From an uncultured virus (IMG/VR IMGVR_UViG_3300021560_000017) (taxonomy: Duplodnaviria; Heunggongvirae; Uroviricota; Caudoviricetes), in IMG/VR virus record IMGVR_UViG_3300021560_000017: DNA of 64,000 nt, one strand, 5' to 3'. Position 1 is the first letter of the stretch. Each line of letters starts with the position of its first letter. The translations under genes were made by a program, and so were the position numbers. The notes under the pieces were generated by a model. The model worked only from the letters and a program-made list of their open reading frames with translations, was not told the DNA's origin and did no database searches. Shown here in pieces: positions 43,621 through 53,804 of this stretch.

Positions 43621-43790
43621 TCATTCACATCCCACTCAAAGATGGCGTTTCACTCCCTGAACTGGGCCGCATCATCCGCATCTGGCACGATAACAAATGG
43701 CAGGCTGCAGTCCGTATCGCCGACGAAAACTATTTCGTCGGTCTCACAATGAGTCTCGACACCAATGTCATCGAGCTGCTTCATTCTTGA
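43617..43790 (+). CDS. hypothetical 57-aa protein
   Basis: ATGA coupling. Confidence 0.4.
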   Translation: MIIHIPLKDGVSLPELGRIIRIWHDNKWQAAVRIADENYFVGLTMSLDTNVIELLHS

Positions 43791-44229
43791 TCTCGCTCAG
43801 CTGCTGTGGAAATAAATTCATCTCATGCCCCTCTACCAAGGCCAAAAAGCTTTAGCTTCTCCACGCGCTTTCGGCCTCACTAAACGTGATGTTTCCGCCG
43901 TCCAACAACTCGCCTCTTCCCAGTTCCTTAAATATCTCCAAGCCATCGCAGCTCAACACGACCAAAACCCCACCAATGCCCAAATACAAACGCCTCCCTC
44001 ATACAGAAAAACACGCCAGAATTGCCCGCGCTCTCGCCACGATCCTTCCAACTCCGATTGCCCTCAAAACCATCCCGAAACTTCCAACCTCAATTGCTCC
44101 TGCAAACCTCCACAGCCTCAACAATCCACAGCGATTCGCGCCGCGCGCTCGCATGAATTGTCACGGGCTCGGCCGCGCAAACGATCAGCCGACCAACGTT
44201 ATTTGAAGCCAAATGACCGAGAATAAGAG

Positions 44230-44620
44230 TTTGCACGCGGATCGCGTAATCCGATGTCAAATGGCGCAGCTCGGCCGAAACGCGAAAATGGCCTCATTTT
44301 GAGGCCACGGGCTGGCCTCATTTTGATACACACGTTTTACACGTATACGTTTCGCGCGGCGTAAAGCGCTGGAGAGCCCAGCGTTACGCGAGCTTCTTAC
44401 GCAAGCGATACCATTATTTATGACCGTTATTGTCTGATGTTGTCAGCCGCTTCGGCCGAGAAACCTGTAGTCGCAGGACTTGACAACGCCGCCAAAAGGA
44501 TGGTCACCCTCCACGGGCTTGGGATGGCCCCCCACCCGCCGCCATGCCTCGACGCCCCGGCCCACGCGCGCGCTCAGTTTTCGTCTACGGCGTAATCAGG
44601 AGAAGGGAGTGCCACAATTT
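44230..44620. other. palindrome-rich non-coding region at a C-rich to G-rich skew switch (candidate genome end or packaging site)
   Basis: TGGCCTCATTTTGA twice (44289, 44313), inverted TGGCCTCA/TGAGGCCA, ACGTATACGT 44341-50. Confidence 0.4.
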
Positions 44621-44675
44621 TTATACAGAAAACCACTCTTGCGGATCTTCTCAAGTGGGGGGATGGTAAAAAAAA

Positions 44676-44993
44676 ATGCAACGGCGAACATGCGCGGTAA
44701 AAGGGTGCAGGAATCTTGGGGAGTATAAAGGCATCAGGAGAGGAAAAAGGGAATATCGGAGGGTATGCGCAAAGCATCGCGGGAAGGCGCAGCGGCCGTA
44801 TCAGGCGGCGTATCAGGCAATACGTCAACGGAGTCGGCCGACGTCGCGGCGACGGTTGGAGAATAGTCGGTGTGAGAAATGCGGGAGTGAAACGCGATGC
44901 GAGAGGCATCGGATCAATCCTGCGTTGGGTTATCGGCGCGGGAACGTCAAGGTACTCTGTCCGCCGTGTCATCGAGCGGAGAATCAGAGCTGA
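44676..44993 (+). CDS. HNH endonuclease
   Basis: CAVKGC...CAKH...CEKCG...ERHRI...GNVKVLCPPCH. Confidence 0.7.
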   Translation: MQRRTCAVKGCRNLGEYKGIRRGKREYRRVCAKHRGKAQRPYQAAYQAIRQRSRPTSRRRLENSRCEKCGSETRCERHRINPALGYRRGNVKVLCPPCHRAENQS

Positions 44994-45244
44994 TCTGTGG
45001 CGTTTTGGGTTTGGATCATGGCGTCGGCGAATTTCCAAGCGAGGCGGGAAGTGGCTAGGGGATTTTTGAGATCTTTTTCGCGGCCAGAGGCGAGGATGCC
45101 ATTGAGAGCGGAGGAAGCGAAGTAAGCGCGGAGGCCAGAATTTTTGGGTTGCTGGGGATCGAGTTGAGGCGATGGCGGAGGAGGAAGGTCAACTGGAGTA
45201 TCGACTGCGGCGACGGGCGGATTAGGAGTGGTAGGAGTAGGCAT
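44984..45244 (-). CDS. conserved phage protein ('LRDYFAAKAM' family)
   Basis: LRAYFASSALNGILA...AWKFADAM. Confidence 0.65.
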   Translation of the reverse strand: MPTPTTPNPPVAAVDTPVDLPPPPSPQLDPQQPKNSGLRAYFASSALNGILASGREKDLKNPLATSRLAWKFADAMIQTQNATDQL

Positions 45245-45380
45245 GGATTGGAGTGTGTCGTGAAAAAAGATTTAATTCAAGACACGGTTTTTGTCGAAGA
45301 AGCGCTCTGACAGGGGAACGACTTGTAGGAAGGAGGCGGCAGTATCCTACAAGTGTAACGGGCTGCGTCGTAGAAGGTGT

Positions 45381-45608
45381 ATGAGAGAGAAGATGTTAAT
45401 GACACAAGCGGAAGCGGACATGGCGGAGAACAATTGGAATTCGAGTTGCGGAGGGTTTGATTACATAGCGATGCGGCATCCAGCGGACAAAAGGATAGAT
45501 GAGATGTGGGAGAGAGAGCGGCTGGCGGCCCGTTTGCAAGTGCGTGCATCAATCCCAGTCAATGCCTTAACCACAGGGAGAGAGAGCGGGCCGCCAGCTT
45601 GTAGTTGA
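45381..45608 (+). CDS. hypothetical protein
   Basis: short ORF with SD-like AAGG. Confidence 0.3.
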   Translation: MREKMLMTQAEADMAENNWNSSCGGFDYIAMRHPADKRIDEMWERERLAARLQVRASIPVNALTTGRESGPPACS

Positions 45609-45730
45609 AATTGGAAGGTGAAGAATTCTTTATTAATTGTCAAGATTTGGTGGGTAAAGGAGGGGAATAGGCACTAAATGTGGGGAAAAAGGGTTGCAAA
45701 GCTAAGGAATTGGTGAGAGAAGAGGGGGCG

Positions 45731-46222
45731 GTGAATACCGCGCGCGACTTACCTGCTAGTCCGTATGGGAGTCCGCCGATTTATCTGCCGTTTAGTGCGG
45801 TAGACGCGCCGCTGCAACAAAATCCGAGCGCATTTGCGACGAGCACAGGGTTAGCGTGGGCGTGGTATCCGTTTGCGCCGATAACGGAGGCTGGCTGGAA
45901 TCAGTGGCTGGAGCCCGTGATAGCGCCGCAGCCCAGTCCGTATTGTGAGCTGATCAATTATCGGATGCCGAGCCACACGCAGGACATAATCATCCCGTTT
46001 TTGGTGGAGAAGGTGAGTCCAGTGATATTGTTAAGCGGGCCGATGATAGTGAACGTGGTGGACGCTGAACCGTTGACGGGGTTGAGTTTCACGGTGTTTA
46101 ACATCAGCACGGCTTTAATAGCGATCCAGTTAAACGCGCTTTTGCCCGATCCAGACACTGGGCCAGTGGCGGGCGGGCTGAGCAACTACTATTTCAGGGC
46201 GTTTGCACAGGTGGCGGGATGA
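45731..46222 (+). CDS. putative tail/virion protein
   Basis: beta-rich; first gene of the tail block. Confidence 0.55.
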   Translation: MNTARDLPASPYGSPPIYLPFSAVDAPLQQNPSAFATSTGLAWAWYPFAPITEAGWNQWLEPVIAPQPSPYCELINYRMPSHTQDIIIPFLVEKVSPVILLSGPMIVNVVDAEPLTGLSFTVFNISTALIAIQLNALLPDPDTGPVAGGLSNYYFRAFAQVAG

Positions 46223-46265
46223 GAACGTGCAAGTCGATGAATTTTACTTTGTAGTTGAAACGTTT

Positions 46266-48515
46266 ATGGGCCAAACAGCTCTCTACGAAGCCTTCGCCCA
46301 GAGCGATCTGGACATGAAGGGGTTCAACATAATCAATTGTCCATCGATAACAGGAGGAGGAGGAGTGAATCCGAACAATTTCCCGCCAGTAGCGAACCAG
46401 TTCATCAACCAGTATAACAGTTCCACGGGGAACTTTGGTGCGCGGCGGCCAGTGTTAGTGGACGCGAATGATTGGCCGAGCCCAGTTGGGAACGCTGGGA
46501 AATTTTTGAAGGTAGTGAGCGCAGGGGCGACGCCCGACGTGGCGACGTACGGGTGGGACGCGCCGAGCGTCACGGGGTTCAGCGGATTTATCAACGTGAA
46601 AGATCCGCCGTATAATTGTGTGGGGAACGGGACGACGGATGACACGGCTGGGTTGCAGGCGGCGATAGCGGCGGCTGCGGGGCCGGGGAATCCGTCAGCG
46701 GCCCCCGGGCCCCCAGCGCCCCCGCAGGGCGGCGGCAAAGTGCTCTACTTTCCCAAAGGCGTCTATCGCACGACGCAGAAACTCGCGCCCTCTGGGCCGA
46801 TCTCGATATTGGGCGACGGCCCTTACGCCTCGATCATCCAGATGGATCTGAACGTGACGCCCGCAGGCGCGGTTCTGGATCTTAGCGCCGCCAGCGGGAG
46901 CACGGTGAAAGACATCGGCTTTAGCGGGAGTTTGTACAAGGCGGTCAGTACGACGCCGCAGATTCCAGTGCGCCACGGGATATTCGCCAATGGCGCGAAC
47001 GCGATTGTGATCGACAATTGCATTGTTTATTACTGCCTTGGGGTTGGGATCGCGTTTGATTTCTGCCAGCTGACCTATGTGCGCAACTGCACGATTGCGT
47101 ATTGCGGGAGTTTCGGGCTCACTGGGTATTTCTGTCCTCGGATGATCATACGGGGGAACACGATCCAGAACTGTCAGGAGTCAGGGATCGCGATAGTCAA
47201 TTCCCAGCAGTCAACGATCACTGGGAACCAGATCACTTCGTGTGCGCCGTATGGCTACGGGTTGCTGGCTGGCGACTCGGATAACTCGCAGATAACAGGG
47301 AACATTGTGCAGCAGTGCGCGGTGGGCGTGTTACTGGCGACGAGCGCGACGCGGGCGCAGGGCGCGAACTGGGATCAGCTTTATTCTTACGGCTACACGT
47401 TCACTGGGAACACGGTTGTAAGAAACTACTACGGTGGTGTTCAGGTGATGTGGGCGCACGGGTTCAAGATCACTGGGAACGTGATCTCGGACAACGGTCA
47501 GGGCGGGAGCGACGGCACGAAGGGTCAGACGATTGAGTGGGGGCTGATGGTGCCGATAGCTAGCGCTGGGACTGGGTATCAGGTTGGCGACGTGGTGCAG
47601 CTCGATCCGAACAATCCCGTTGGCACGACCAATCCAGCTTTGGCTGTGGTGACACGGGTGGCGACGAGCCCCAGCGGCGCGATTTTCCCTGAAGGCTTGA
47701 TGCTGCTCGCGACTGGGACTTACGCGAGCGCGTGGCCGACAGATCCCGTTAACGTGGTGGGCGGACACGGGAGCGGCGCGAAATGCATTTACTCTGGGAG
47801 CAAGATCGCGGCGGCTGGGAGCGGTTACTCGGTAGGGCAGGCGGTGCGGCACAACATCAACATCAACGGTGTCGCTTACTCGCCAGTGCGGGCAATCATC
47901 ACGGGCGTTGGGGCTGGCGGCGCGGTGACCAGTTACGTTATCACGGATGGGGGCGGTTACTTTAACACGAGTTACGGGACGCTGACGATGGTGGGCGACG
48001 CGTACACGCCGCAGATGGGGAACATCAACGGGCTGCCCGGGTTGATCGTGGATTCGGGCGTAGGGACGGGGGCGGGCCCGGGCTCTGGGCTCGACGGCCC
48101 CGATCTTCCCGACGCTGGGAGCGGCTTCATCCTGAGTCCCAACTGGGGCTTGCGCTATTCGGGCCTGTATAATTCTGGCGCTGGCACGACGGCGAACCTC
48201 GCGCTCTACCACCAGATCAGGAACGGCGTGATCAGCGGCAACGTCATCGATCACTGTCTGAGCGGGTGCGGGTTCCTGAACTTGGGATCGAGCGGAACGG
48301 ACAGGGCTGGGAATTTGGTTATGAGCGGGAACGCGCTGATTAACAACCTGACGGCGCTGAGCGGCGGGACGGTGGCGACTGGCGGCGTGATCACGCTGGA
48401 CGGCAACTACAACATCGGCGGCACGTCGATTTTCCAGACAGATGTGAACGTCGGGGGCACGCATTATTTCTCGCCGCTGAACATCATAGCGGCGGGGCCG
48501 GGGATCTTCGAATAG
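46266..48515 (+). CDS. tailspike / depolymerase with right-handed beta-helix (pectate-lyase-like)
   Basis: INVKDPPYNCVGNGTTDDTAGLQAAI, VLYFPKGVY, repeated (I/F)TGNxI/V PbH1 repeats. Confidence 0.85.
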   Translation: MGQTALYEAFAQSDLDMKGFNIINCPSITGGGGVNPNNFPPVANQFINQYNSSTGNFGARRPVLVDANDWPSPVGNAGKFLKVVSAGATPDVATYGWDAPSVTGFSGFINVKDPPYNCVGNGTTDDTAGLQAAIAAAAGPGNPSAAPGPPAPPQGGGKVLYFPKGVYRTTQKLAPSGPISILGDGPYASIIQMDLNVTPAGAVLDLSAASGSTVKDIGFSGSLYKAVSTTPQIPVRHGIFANGANAIVIDNCIVYYCLGVGIAFDFCQLTYVRNCTIAYCGSFGLTGYFCPRMIIRGNTIQNCQESGIAIVNSQQSTITGNQITSCAPYGYGLLAGDSDNSQITGNIVQQCAVGVLLATSATRAQGANWDQLYSYGYTFTGNTVVRNYYGGVQVMWAHGFKITGNVISDNGQGGSDGTKGQTIEWGLMVPIASAGTGYQVGDVVQLDPNNPVGTTNPALAVVTRVATSPSGAIFPEGLMLLATGTYASAWPTDPVNVVGGHGSGAKCIYSGSKIAAAGSGYSVGQAVRHNININGVAYSPVRAIITGVGAGGAVTSYVITDGGGYFNTSYGTLTMVGDAYTPQMGNINGLPGLIVDSGVGTGAGPGSGLDGPDLPDAGSGFILSPNWGLRYSGLYNSGAGTTANLALYHQIRNGVISGNVIDHCLSGCGFLNLGSSGTDRAGNLVMSGNALINNLTALSGGTVATGGVITLDGNYNIGGTSIFQTDVNVGGTHYFSPLNIIAAGPGIFE

Positions 48516-48551
48516 AGCGGGCAGGCAGCAGCAAAGGAGAAGTGAAAAAAC

Positions 48552-48953
48552 ATGAACGGAAACGCGGGTGCAGGCAACGACGAACTTGGTGGAGCTGGCG
48601 GCGATATCGATCTGGGACAGCCGCAGCCAGCGGGGATGGCGGACATGCCGACGGGCGGCGGAGCAGCGCCGCCGAGCGGGCCGATCTACCCCTCAGTGAT
48701 GCTGAGCGGGGACGAGAGTCTGGGTAAGATCCCAGATTCTGGCCGCGCGATTATCAATCATAGTGTCATCTCGCGACGCGTCCACACGCCAGAGCACGGG
48801 CCGCACAAAGGCAAAAAGCGTCACGAGGTCGAACTCCATCTCAAGTCGATTCGTCCAATCAGGGGCTACAAGAAAGCGCCGAGCAAATCGAAGCGGAGCG
48901 ACGACGAAGTGGCGATGAAAAAGTTAATGGGCGACGAAGGCGGGGAGGAGTGA
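48552..48953 (+). CDS. hypothetical protein
   Basis: SD AAGGAG; 133 aa. Confidence 0.6.
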   Translation: MNGNAGAGNDELGGAGGDIDLGQPQPAGMADMPTGGGAAPPSGPIYPSVMLSGDESLGKIPDSGRAIINHSVISRRVHTPEHGPHKGKKRHEVELHLKSIRPIRGYKKAPSKSKRSDDEVAMKKLMGDEGGEE

Positions 48954-48957
48954 ACTC

Positions 48958-51813
48958 TTGCGCGTCTACGATATCTTTGCCGAAGCGTCGGAGTACCTCG
49001 GCACCAACGACCAGACGCATGTCTTCAGGACGTGCACGCGGGCGACTGAATATCTGGCGGCCAAAGGCGACTGGGACGTTTTAAAGGGCTACGTCGATCT
49101 TCCAGTGCAGCACCATAATCTGGTGGTTCTGCCGCGACAGGTTGAGACGCCGCTCAAATGGACGATTGACGGTGTCCCAGCATTTTCGCGTGACAGGCTT
49201 TACGAGTTCACGCTGAACGGATTTGGGAGTAACGGCGGCGGACAGGATCGCACGGAGACCTCATGGGAAGATCGCGGGTTCGTTCCGTTCATGGTGCTGC
49301 CGTCGGCAAACGGCTTCGGATTTTTCAAGGTGACCGTGAGCTACAGTCCGCGCAACGCTGGGCGGAAAGTTTATATCGCGGGCAAAGTCGCAGCTTTCGG
49401 CGGCACAGAGGTAACAGAGACGCTCACGATCAGCGCGAACCAGTGGGTCACCTCGACCTACGAGTATTCAGAAGTCACCGAGATAAACAAGGATGTTACT
49501 CACGACTACGTAGGCATCTACATTCACGAGACGCCGCCGCAGCAGCTTCCGCCTTTCGGGCCAACAGATATGACTCCGCCGTCGGATTCACCCGACGCGT
49601 TGCACATGCCGCTGATGGCACCCAACTCTGGCAGTTACCGTTACCCGCTCCGAGTGATTATCGAAACGGCCGACCGAATCGACGGGCTCACTTTAATGTA
49701 CACGCTCGACGGCACCGATCCGACGGTGACCAACGGTATTCCGATTGGCGGTTGGGCTGGCGAAGTCGTTGTTACCCAGTCCCCGCAGGTAGTCAAAGCG
49801 TGCGAAGTTTTGAACGGCGTCGCGGGGCCGATCAAGGCAAACACTTACACGGTGACGGGTGGTGGCATCCTTAACCTGCCTATCATCAGGCCCGACTCAG
49901 GTCGTTACCCGTTGCCGTTGCTTGTGGCGATAGACGCCGTCGATCCCAACACGGGGATCACGCTGATGTACACGACTGACGGGTCAGATCCTTCGCTAAC
50001 TAACGGCATACCAGTCGCTGGCTGGCACGCCGAACTGACGATCAGCGCGTATCCAGCGGTAGTTAAAGCGTGCGAGATCGAGCGGAACAATCTGGCTGGG
50101 CCGATTGCAGGCGTAGCCTACGGACTCAACCCGCCGATCATCCAGCCGCCTTCGGGCTCGTACCAGTTTCCGCTGACGGCGAATATCTCGGCGCAGGATC
50201 AGTTGCCGCCGACCAACGTGGACGTTCCAGCTCCTGTTATCGGTCTGGTCTACACGATTGACGGGACTGACCCAAGTGCGACGAACGGGTTGCCAGTGCC
50301 TTCGGATGGGAACGTGATTATGACCACGGCTCCAGTTGTGCTCAAGGCGTGCCAGCTTCTTAGCGGTGTGGCGGGGCCGATTGCGCGCGCGGACTACTCG
50401 GCGGGGGTGCAACCGCCGCCCGGGCCCGATCCGACGCCCCCGCAACCCGTGCCGCCGACACCTCCGCAGTGGACTCTGCTCGCGATTTACTGGCCCTTGG
50501 AAACAAACCCAAAATACCGAATGGTTCGCATCAGCCAGATCGGGGTCAGGGCGCGGTTCCTGTTCCGCAGGAAGGTATTCAAGATCGATTCGATGGACGA
50601 TTTCATCCCGATCCAGTCGCAGCTGGGGTTCCTGACGATGGTGCAGGCGATTCAGGCGCTGCGCCGCAAGGATCTGGAGACAGCGAAAGCGCTGGCGGAC
50701 GCGGCCGTTGAGATCACCACTGACGCGCAGCGGGCGACAACTGGATTCATCGAGCTGGCGACCAACACGGAGGTTCAGGAAGCGCGCAATTACCAGATCT
50801 TCAACCGCGACTCGGTCATCGTGATGGACATCTTTGACGACATCGCAAAGATCATGGGCAACGTCGGCGAGAACGTGATCTTCGATACCACCACGACGGC
50901 GCTGGAGATCCTCTGTAACAAGGGACATTACGACGGGCTCACGGGCTACGTCGATATCACGACTGACGGCTGGCGTTACGTGACGTTGCCGCGTTTTGTC
51001 GATCAACCAGTGGCAATCGCGGTGAACGGGCGGCCAGCGTTCATGCGGAATAAGTGGAGCGAGTTCCACCTCAACGGCCCGGGCTCCGACGAATACGGCG
51101 GCCAGCACATGGGCGGCGCTCAATTTGGCAGCTGGTACGGTCACAGCGGGAGCGGCCGCTGGGGACAGATCCACGCATGGGACAGCGTCGGCGTTGTCTG
51201 CACAATCGCTCCGCTCGCGGCCGTGTCGCAGTTGGTCGCGATCCCAGACACCATTAACGATAACGGCAAAACGCTGCGGATCTACGGTTACGACGAGACT
51301 GGCAAACGGATCTTCGACTCACAGGGCGACGGCTACACGGTAGTGTGCAACAAGAACAAGCTCGTCCCGAACATCAACACCGATCAGAAGATCGCGCGCA
51401 TCGAGCGCATCACGCGGCAGTCCAGCAACGGATTCGTTAGGCTGTACGCCTTTGACGCCGCGCAGCAGACAACTTCGGTGCTTCTCGGTTATTATTATCC
51501 AGACGAGACCGAGCCGACTTATTTCAGGATCAAACTGCCAATCGACGCGCGCTGGATTCGGCTGCGCTATCGCAAACGCACCTACAAAGTGACCAGCATC
51601 TGGCAGCCGCTGCACCTGTTCTCGCGCACGGCAATTATCACGATGGTGCGGGCGCTGAAGCTGCTCGATACAGATCCCGCAGCTGCGGAGCAGATGGAGC
51701 AGAAGGCGGTGAAGTATCTGGATGACGATCAGAAGGCGCGCAACCCGGGCGAATCCTTCCAGCTGCAGTTCAACGAGGATTGCGGATGGAATTCCAACTT
51801 TATCCTTTCGTGA
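48958..51813 (+). CDS. head-tail adaptor-like protein, internally duplicated, with three Fn3-associated (CHB_HEX_C-like) repeats inserted
   Basis: two homologous halves; three PxSGxY..PL...YTxDGxDP...NG repeats; immediately before the nozzle. Confidence 0.65.
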   Translation: MRVYDIFAEASEYLGTNDQTHVFRTCTRATEYLAAKGDWDVLKGYVDLPVQHHNLVVLPRQVETPLKWTIDGVPAFSRDRLYEFTLNGFGSNGGGQDRTETSWEDRGFVPFMVLPSANGFGFFKVTVSYSPRNAGRKVYIAGKVAAFGGTEVTETLTISANQWVTSTYEYSEVTEINKDVTHDYVGIYIHETPPQQLPPFGPTDMTPPSDSPDALHMPLMAPNSGSYRYPLRVIIETADRIDGLTLMYTLDGTDPTVTNGIPIGGWAGEVVVTQSPQVVKACEVLNGVAGPIKANTYTVTGGGILNLPIIRPDSGRYPLPLLVAIDAVDPNTGITLMYTTDGSDPSLTNGIPVAGWHAELTISAYPAVVKACEIERNNLAGPIAGVAYGLNPPIIQPPSGSYQFPLTANISAQDQLPPTNVDVPAPVIGLVYTIDGTDPSATNGLPVPSDGNVIMTTAPVVLKACQLLSGVAGPIARADYSAGVQPPPGPDPTPPQPVPPTPPQWTLLAIYWPLETNPKYRMVRISQIGVRARFLFRRKVFKIDSMDDFIPIQSQLGFLTMVQAIQALRRKDLETAKALADAAVEITTDAQRATTGFIELATNTEVQEARNYQIFNRDSVIVMDIFDDIAKIMGNVGENVIFDTTTTALEILCNKGHYDGLTGYVDITTDGWRYVTLPRFVDQPVAIAVNGRPAFMRNKWSEFHLNGPGSDEYGGQHMGGAQFGSWYGHSGSGRWGQIHAWDSVGVVCTIAPLAAVSQLVAIPDTINDNGKTLRIYGYDETGKRIFDSQGDGYTVVCNKNKLVPNINTDQKIARIERITRQSSNGFVRLYAFDAAQQTTSVLLGYYYPDETEPTYFRIKLPIDARWIRLRYRKRTYKVTSIWQPLHLFSRTAIITMVRALKLLDTDPAAAEQMEQKAVKYLDDDQKARNPGESFQLQFNEDCGWNSNFILS

Positions 51814-51816
51814 ACC

Positions 51817-53802
51817 ATGCCACAGACTCTGACTCCGCCAGTCGAAGACGGCCCGTGGGCAAAGGGCGTTGACTCATATCTCGAACCGACGCAAGTCCAG
51901 AAGAGTTTCTACCGCACGGGCATCAATATAAGTAATAGGGGGGGGATTGTCCGCACGCGCCCGGGCTTCAGCATCATTCGCGTCACAGCAAACGGCGGAC
52001 AAACACTGATCGGCCAGCCGCGCGGGCTCACGGTGTTCACGGACGGCGATAACAACACGTTTCTGGTGATCGCGATTGGCCCAAGTATTTACTACCTGAA
52101 AGCTCCATTCACGGGCGACTGGACGAGGATAAGCAATCTCAGTTTCACGGGACAAGGGCCAGTATGTTTTGTCCGTTGCGTGCAGAGCGTGACCGAAGCC
52201 GACGACGGCACGCTGACTGACATCGATCCCATCCCGATGATCATTATTCAGGATGGCGTGTCGCGGGCAGCGTACTGGGACGGCAAAAATTCAAGGCACC
52301 TCGATCCAGCCAAGAAAGATCCGTACAAAGGGCCGAGCGAAACACCGATTGGTCTCTGGGGCGAATGGAGCGGCAACCGTTACTGGGTGGCCAACGGATC
52401 AAGGATAAGAGCCTCGAATCTGCTCAACCCGTTAAAATTCACCGAGGAAGATCTGCTGGAGGAAGGCGGGTTCCTCCAGTTCCCGAACACGATCACTGGA
52501 GTCAGTAACACCGCCGATTTCCGCGCGATGCTGGTGTTCACGGATCTTACCACTTCGACGCTGCAGACATCGATCACAGACAGGACGCAGTGGGCGACCA
52601 CAGCTGGATTTCAGGTGGTGGTCTTTTACGGAATCGGCTGCGTCGGCGGCAATGCCATCGCCACGCAATGGGGGCTCAAATGGTGGTACAGCCACGACGG
52701 GCTGATGAGCTTGGACGAAGGCTTGCGCGCCTATCAGAGTTCGAAGGTCACTTACAGGGATCGCGAGATGGCGGCCAGCAAAGAGAACATTGCCAATGAT
52801 TTCAAAGACAACATTGCGATGGGCGCTGACGAGAACCTTCTCTTCGTCTCCGTGCCGAGCGGCGACCGATACAACGCGCACACATGGGTGATGGATGAAG
52901 CGCCACTGGATACGCTGACCTACTGGGGCTACTTCGGCCTGCCGTCATGGAGCGGGATCTGGGAAGGCATTCGGCCAGTGGCATGGTTTACAGCGCCAGT
53001 TGACGGCGTGCACAGGACTTTTTGCCTGAGTCAGGATTATCCGTTTGGCAGCGATCCGAACGTCACTCCGATGCAGAACAACGTCTGGGAATGCGTTGTC
53101 GGCGCGCGGATGGACAGGACGATTGACAGTCAAAATCGGATCATAACAAAGCCGATTCTTTGCCAGCTGGAGACCAAGCTGATCGGATACGACGGCAACT
53201 ACAAATTCTTTCGCTTCGCCGAGATCTACATCGATAACATCGAAGGCGAGGTCTTTTTGGAGGTGTTTTATGCGCCAAGGCGCGGCGGTTACAAACGGGT
53301 TCTGCACAAGCAAATTGTGTCGAGCGACTGGGATCTCGTGAATCTTGAGACCTATCACATGCCGTGGCTATGCCAGAGCGCGAACGATTTCCTCTTTTAC
53401 GCAACGCGGCCACAGGCGCGGGTGGTGCGGACAATTTCCGAGGCGAAAAGCTACACGACTCCGAACAGTGGCGACGACGTTTACCAGAGCGTTCAGACGA
53501 GCGCCAATGTGCCATTCCCACGCCAGAAGGACTACGCGTTCTCGCTGTTACTGCAATGGACTGGAAGAATGTCGGTGTCCAGTGTCCGCATGTATTTCGA
53601 CGCGGAAGAGCAGGAAGTCGAAGGCATTGCCGAGGTAGACGAGACGACTGACAGGTTTCTGATTATGAACGGGGCGTGCATCGTCGCTGCTCCGCCAAAG
53701 CATGACTACCTCATCGATCCAAACTCTTTTGACTTCAATAGCAACACGATGACTGGCGCATTCCCGATCTGGATTGATCCAATCTATCAAACGATGAAAT
53801 AG
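51817..53802 (+). CDS. tail nozzle / stabilization protein (P22 gp10 / T7 gp12-like beta-propeller)
   Basis: 661 aa, beta-rich; N...RGG.VRTRPGF N-terminal motif; GIGCVG; synteny. Confidence 0.7.
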   Translation: MPQTLTPPVEDGPWAKGVDSYLEPTQVQKSFYRTGINISNRGGIVRTRPGFSIIRVTANGGQTLIGQPRGLTVFTDGDNNTFLVIAIGPSIYYLKAPFTGDWTRISNLSFTGQGPVCFVRCVQSVTEADDGTLTDIDPIPMIIIQDGVSRAAYWDGKNSRHLDPAKKDPYKGPSETPIGLWGEWSGNRYWVANGSRIRASNLLNPLKFTEEDLLEEGGFLQFPNTITGVSNTADFRAMLVFTDLTTSTLQTSITDRTQWATTAGFQVVVFYGIGCVGGNAIATQWGLKWWYSHDGLMSLDEGLRAYQSSKVTYRDREMAASKENIANDFKDNIAMGADENLLFVSVPSGDRYNAHTWVMDEAPLDTLTYWGYFGLPSWSGIWEGIRPVAWFTAPVDGVHRTFCLSQDYPFGSDPNVTPMQNNVWECVVGARMDRTIDSQNRIITKPILCQLETKLIGYDGNYKFFRFAEIYIDNIEGEVFLEVFYAPRRGGYKRVLHKQIVSSDWDLVNLETYHMPWLCQSANDFLFYATRPQARVVRTISEAKSYTTPNSGDDVYQSVQTSANVPFPRQKDYAFSLLLQWTGRMSVSSVRMYFDAEEQEVEGIAEVDETTDRFLIMNGACIVAAPPKHDYLIDPNSFDFNSNTMTGAFPIWIDPIYQTMK

Positions 53803-53804
53803 CC

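Noticed and set aside
43825..44226. two overlapping plus-strand ORFs (133 and 106 aa)
   Set aside because: Compositionally skewed low-complexity DNA with no recognisable motifs or RBS; coding status not supportable.
47331..48464. 377-aa minus-strand ORF
   Set aside because: Antisense shadow of the tailspike; Arg/Pro-rich, no motifs.
49996..51174. 392-aa minus-strand ORF
   Set aside because: Antisense shadow of the adaptor gene, expected in GC-rich coding DNA.
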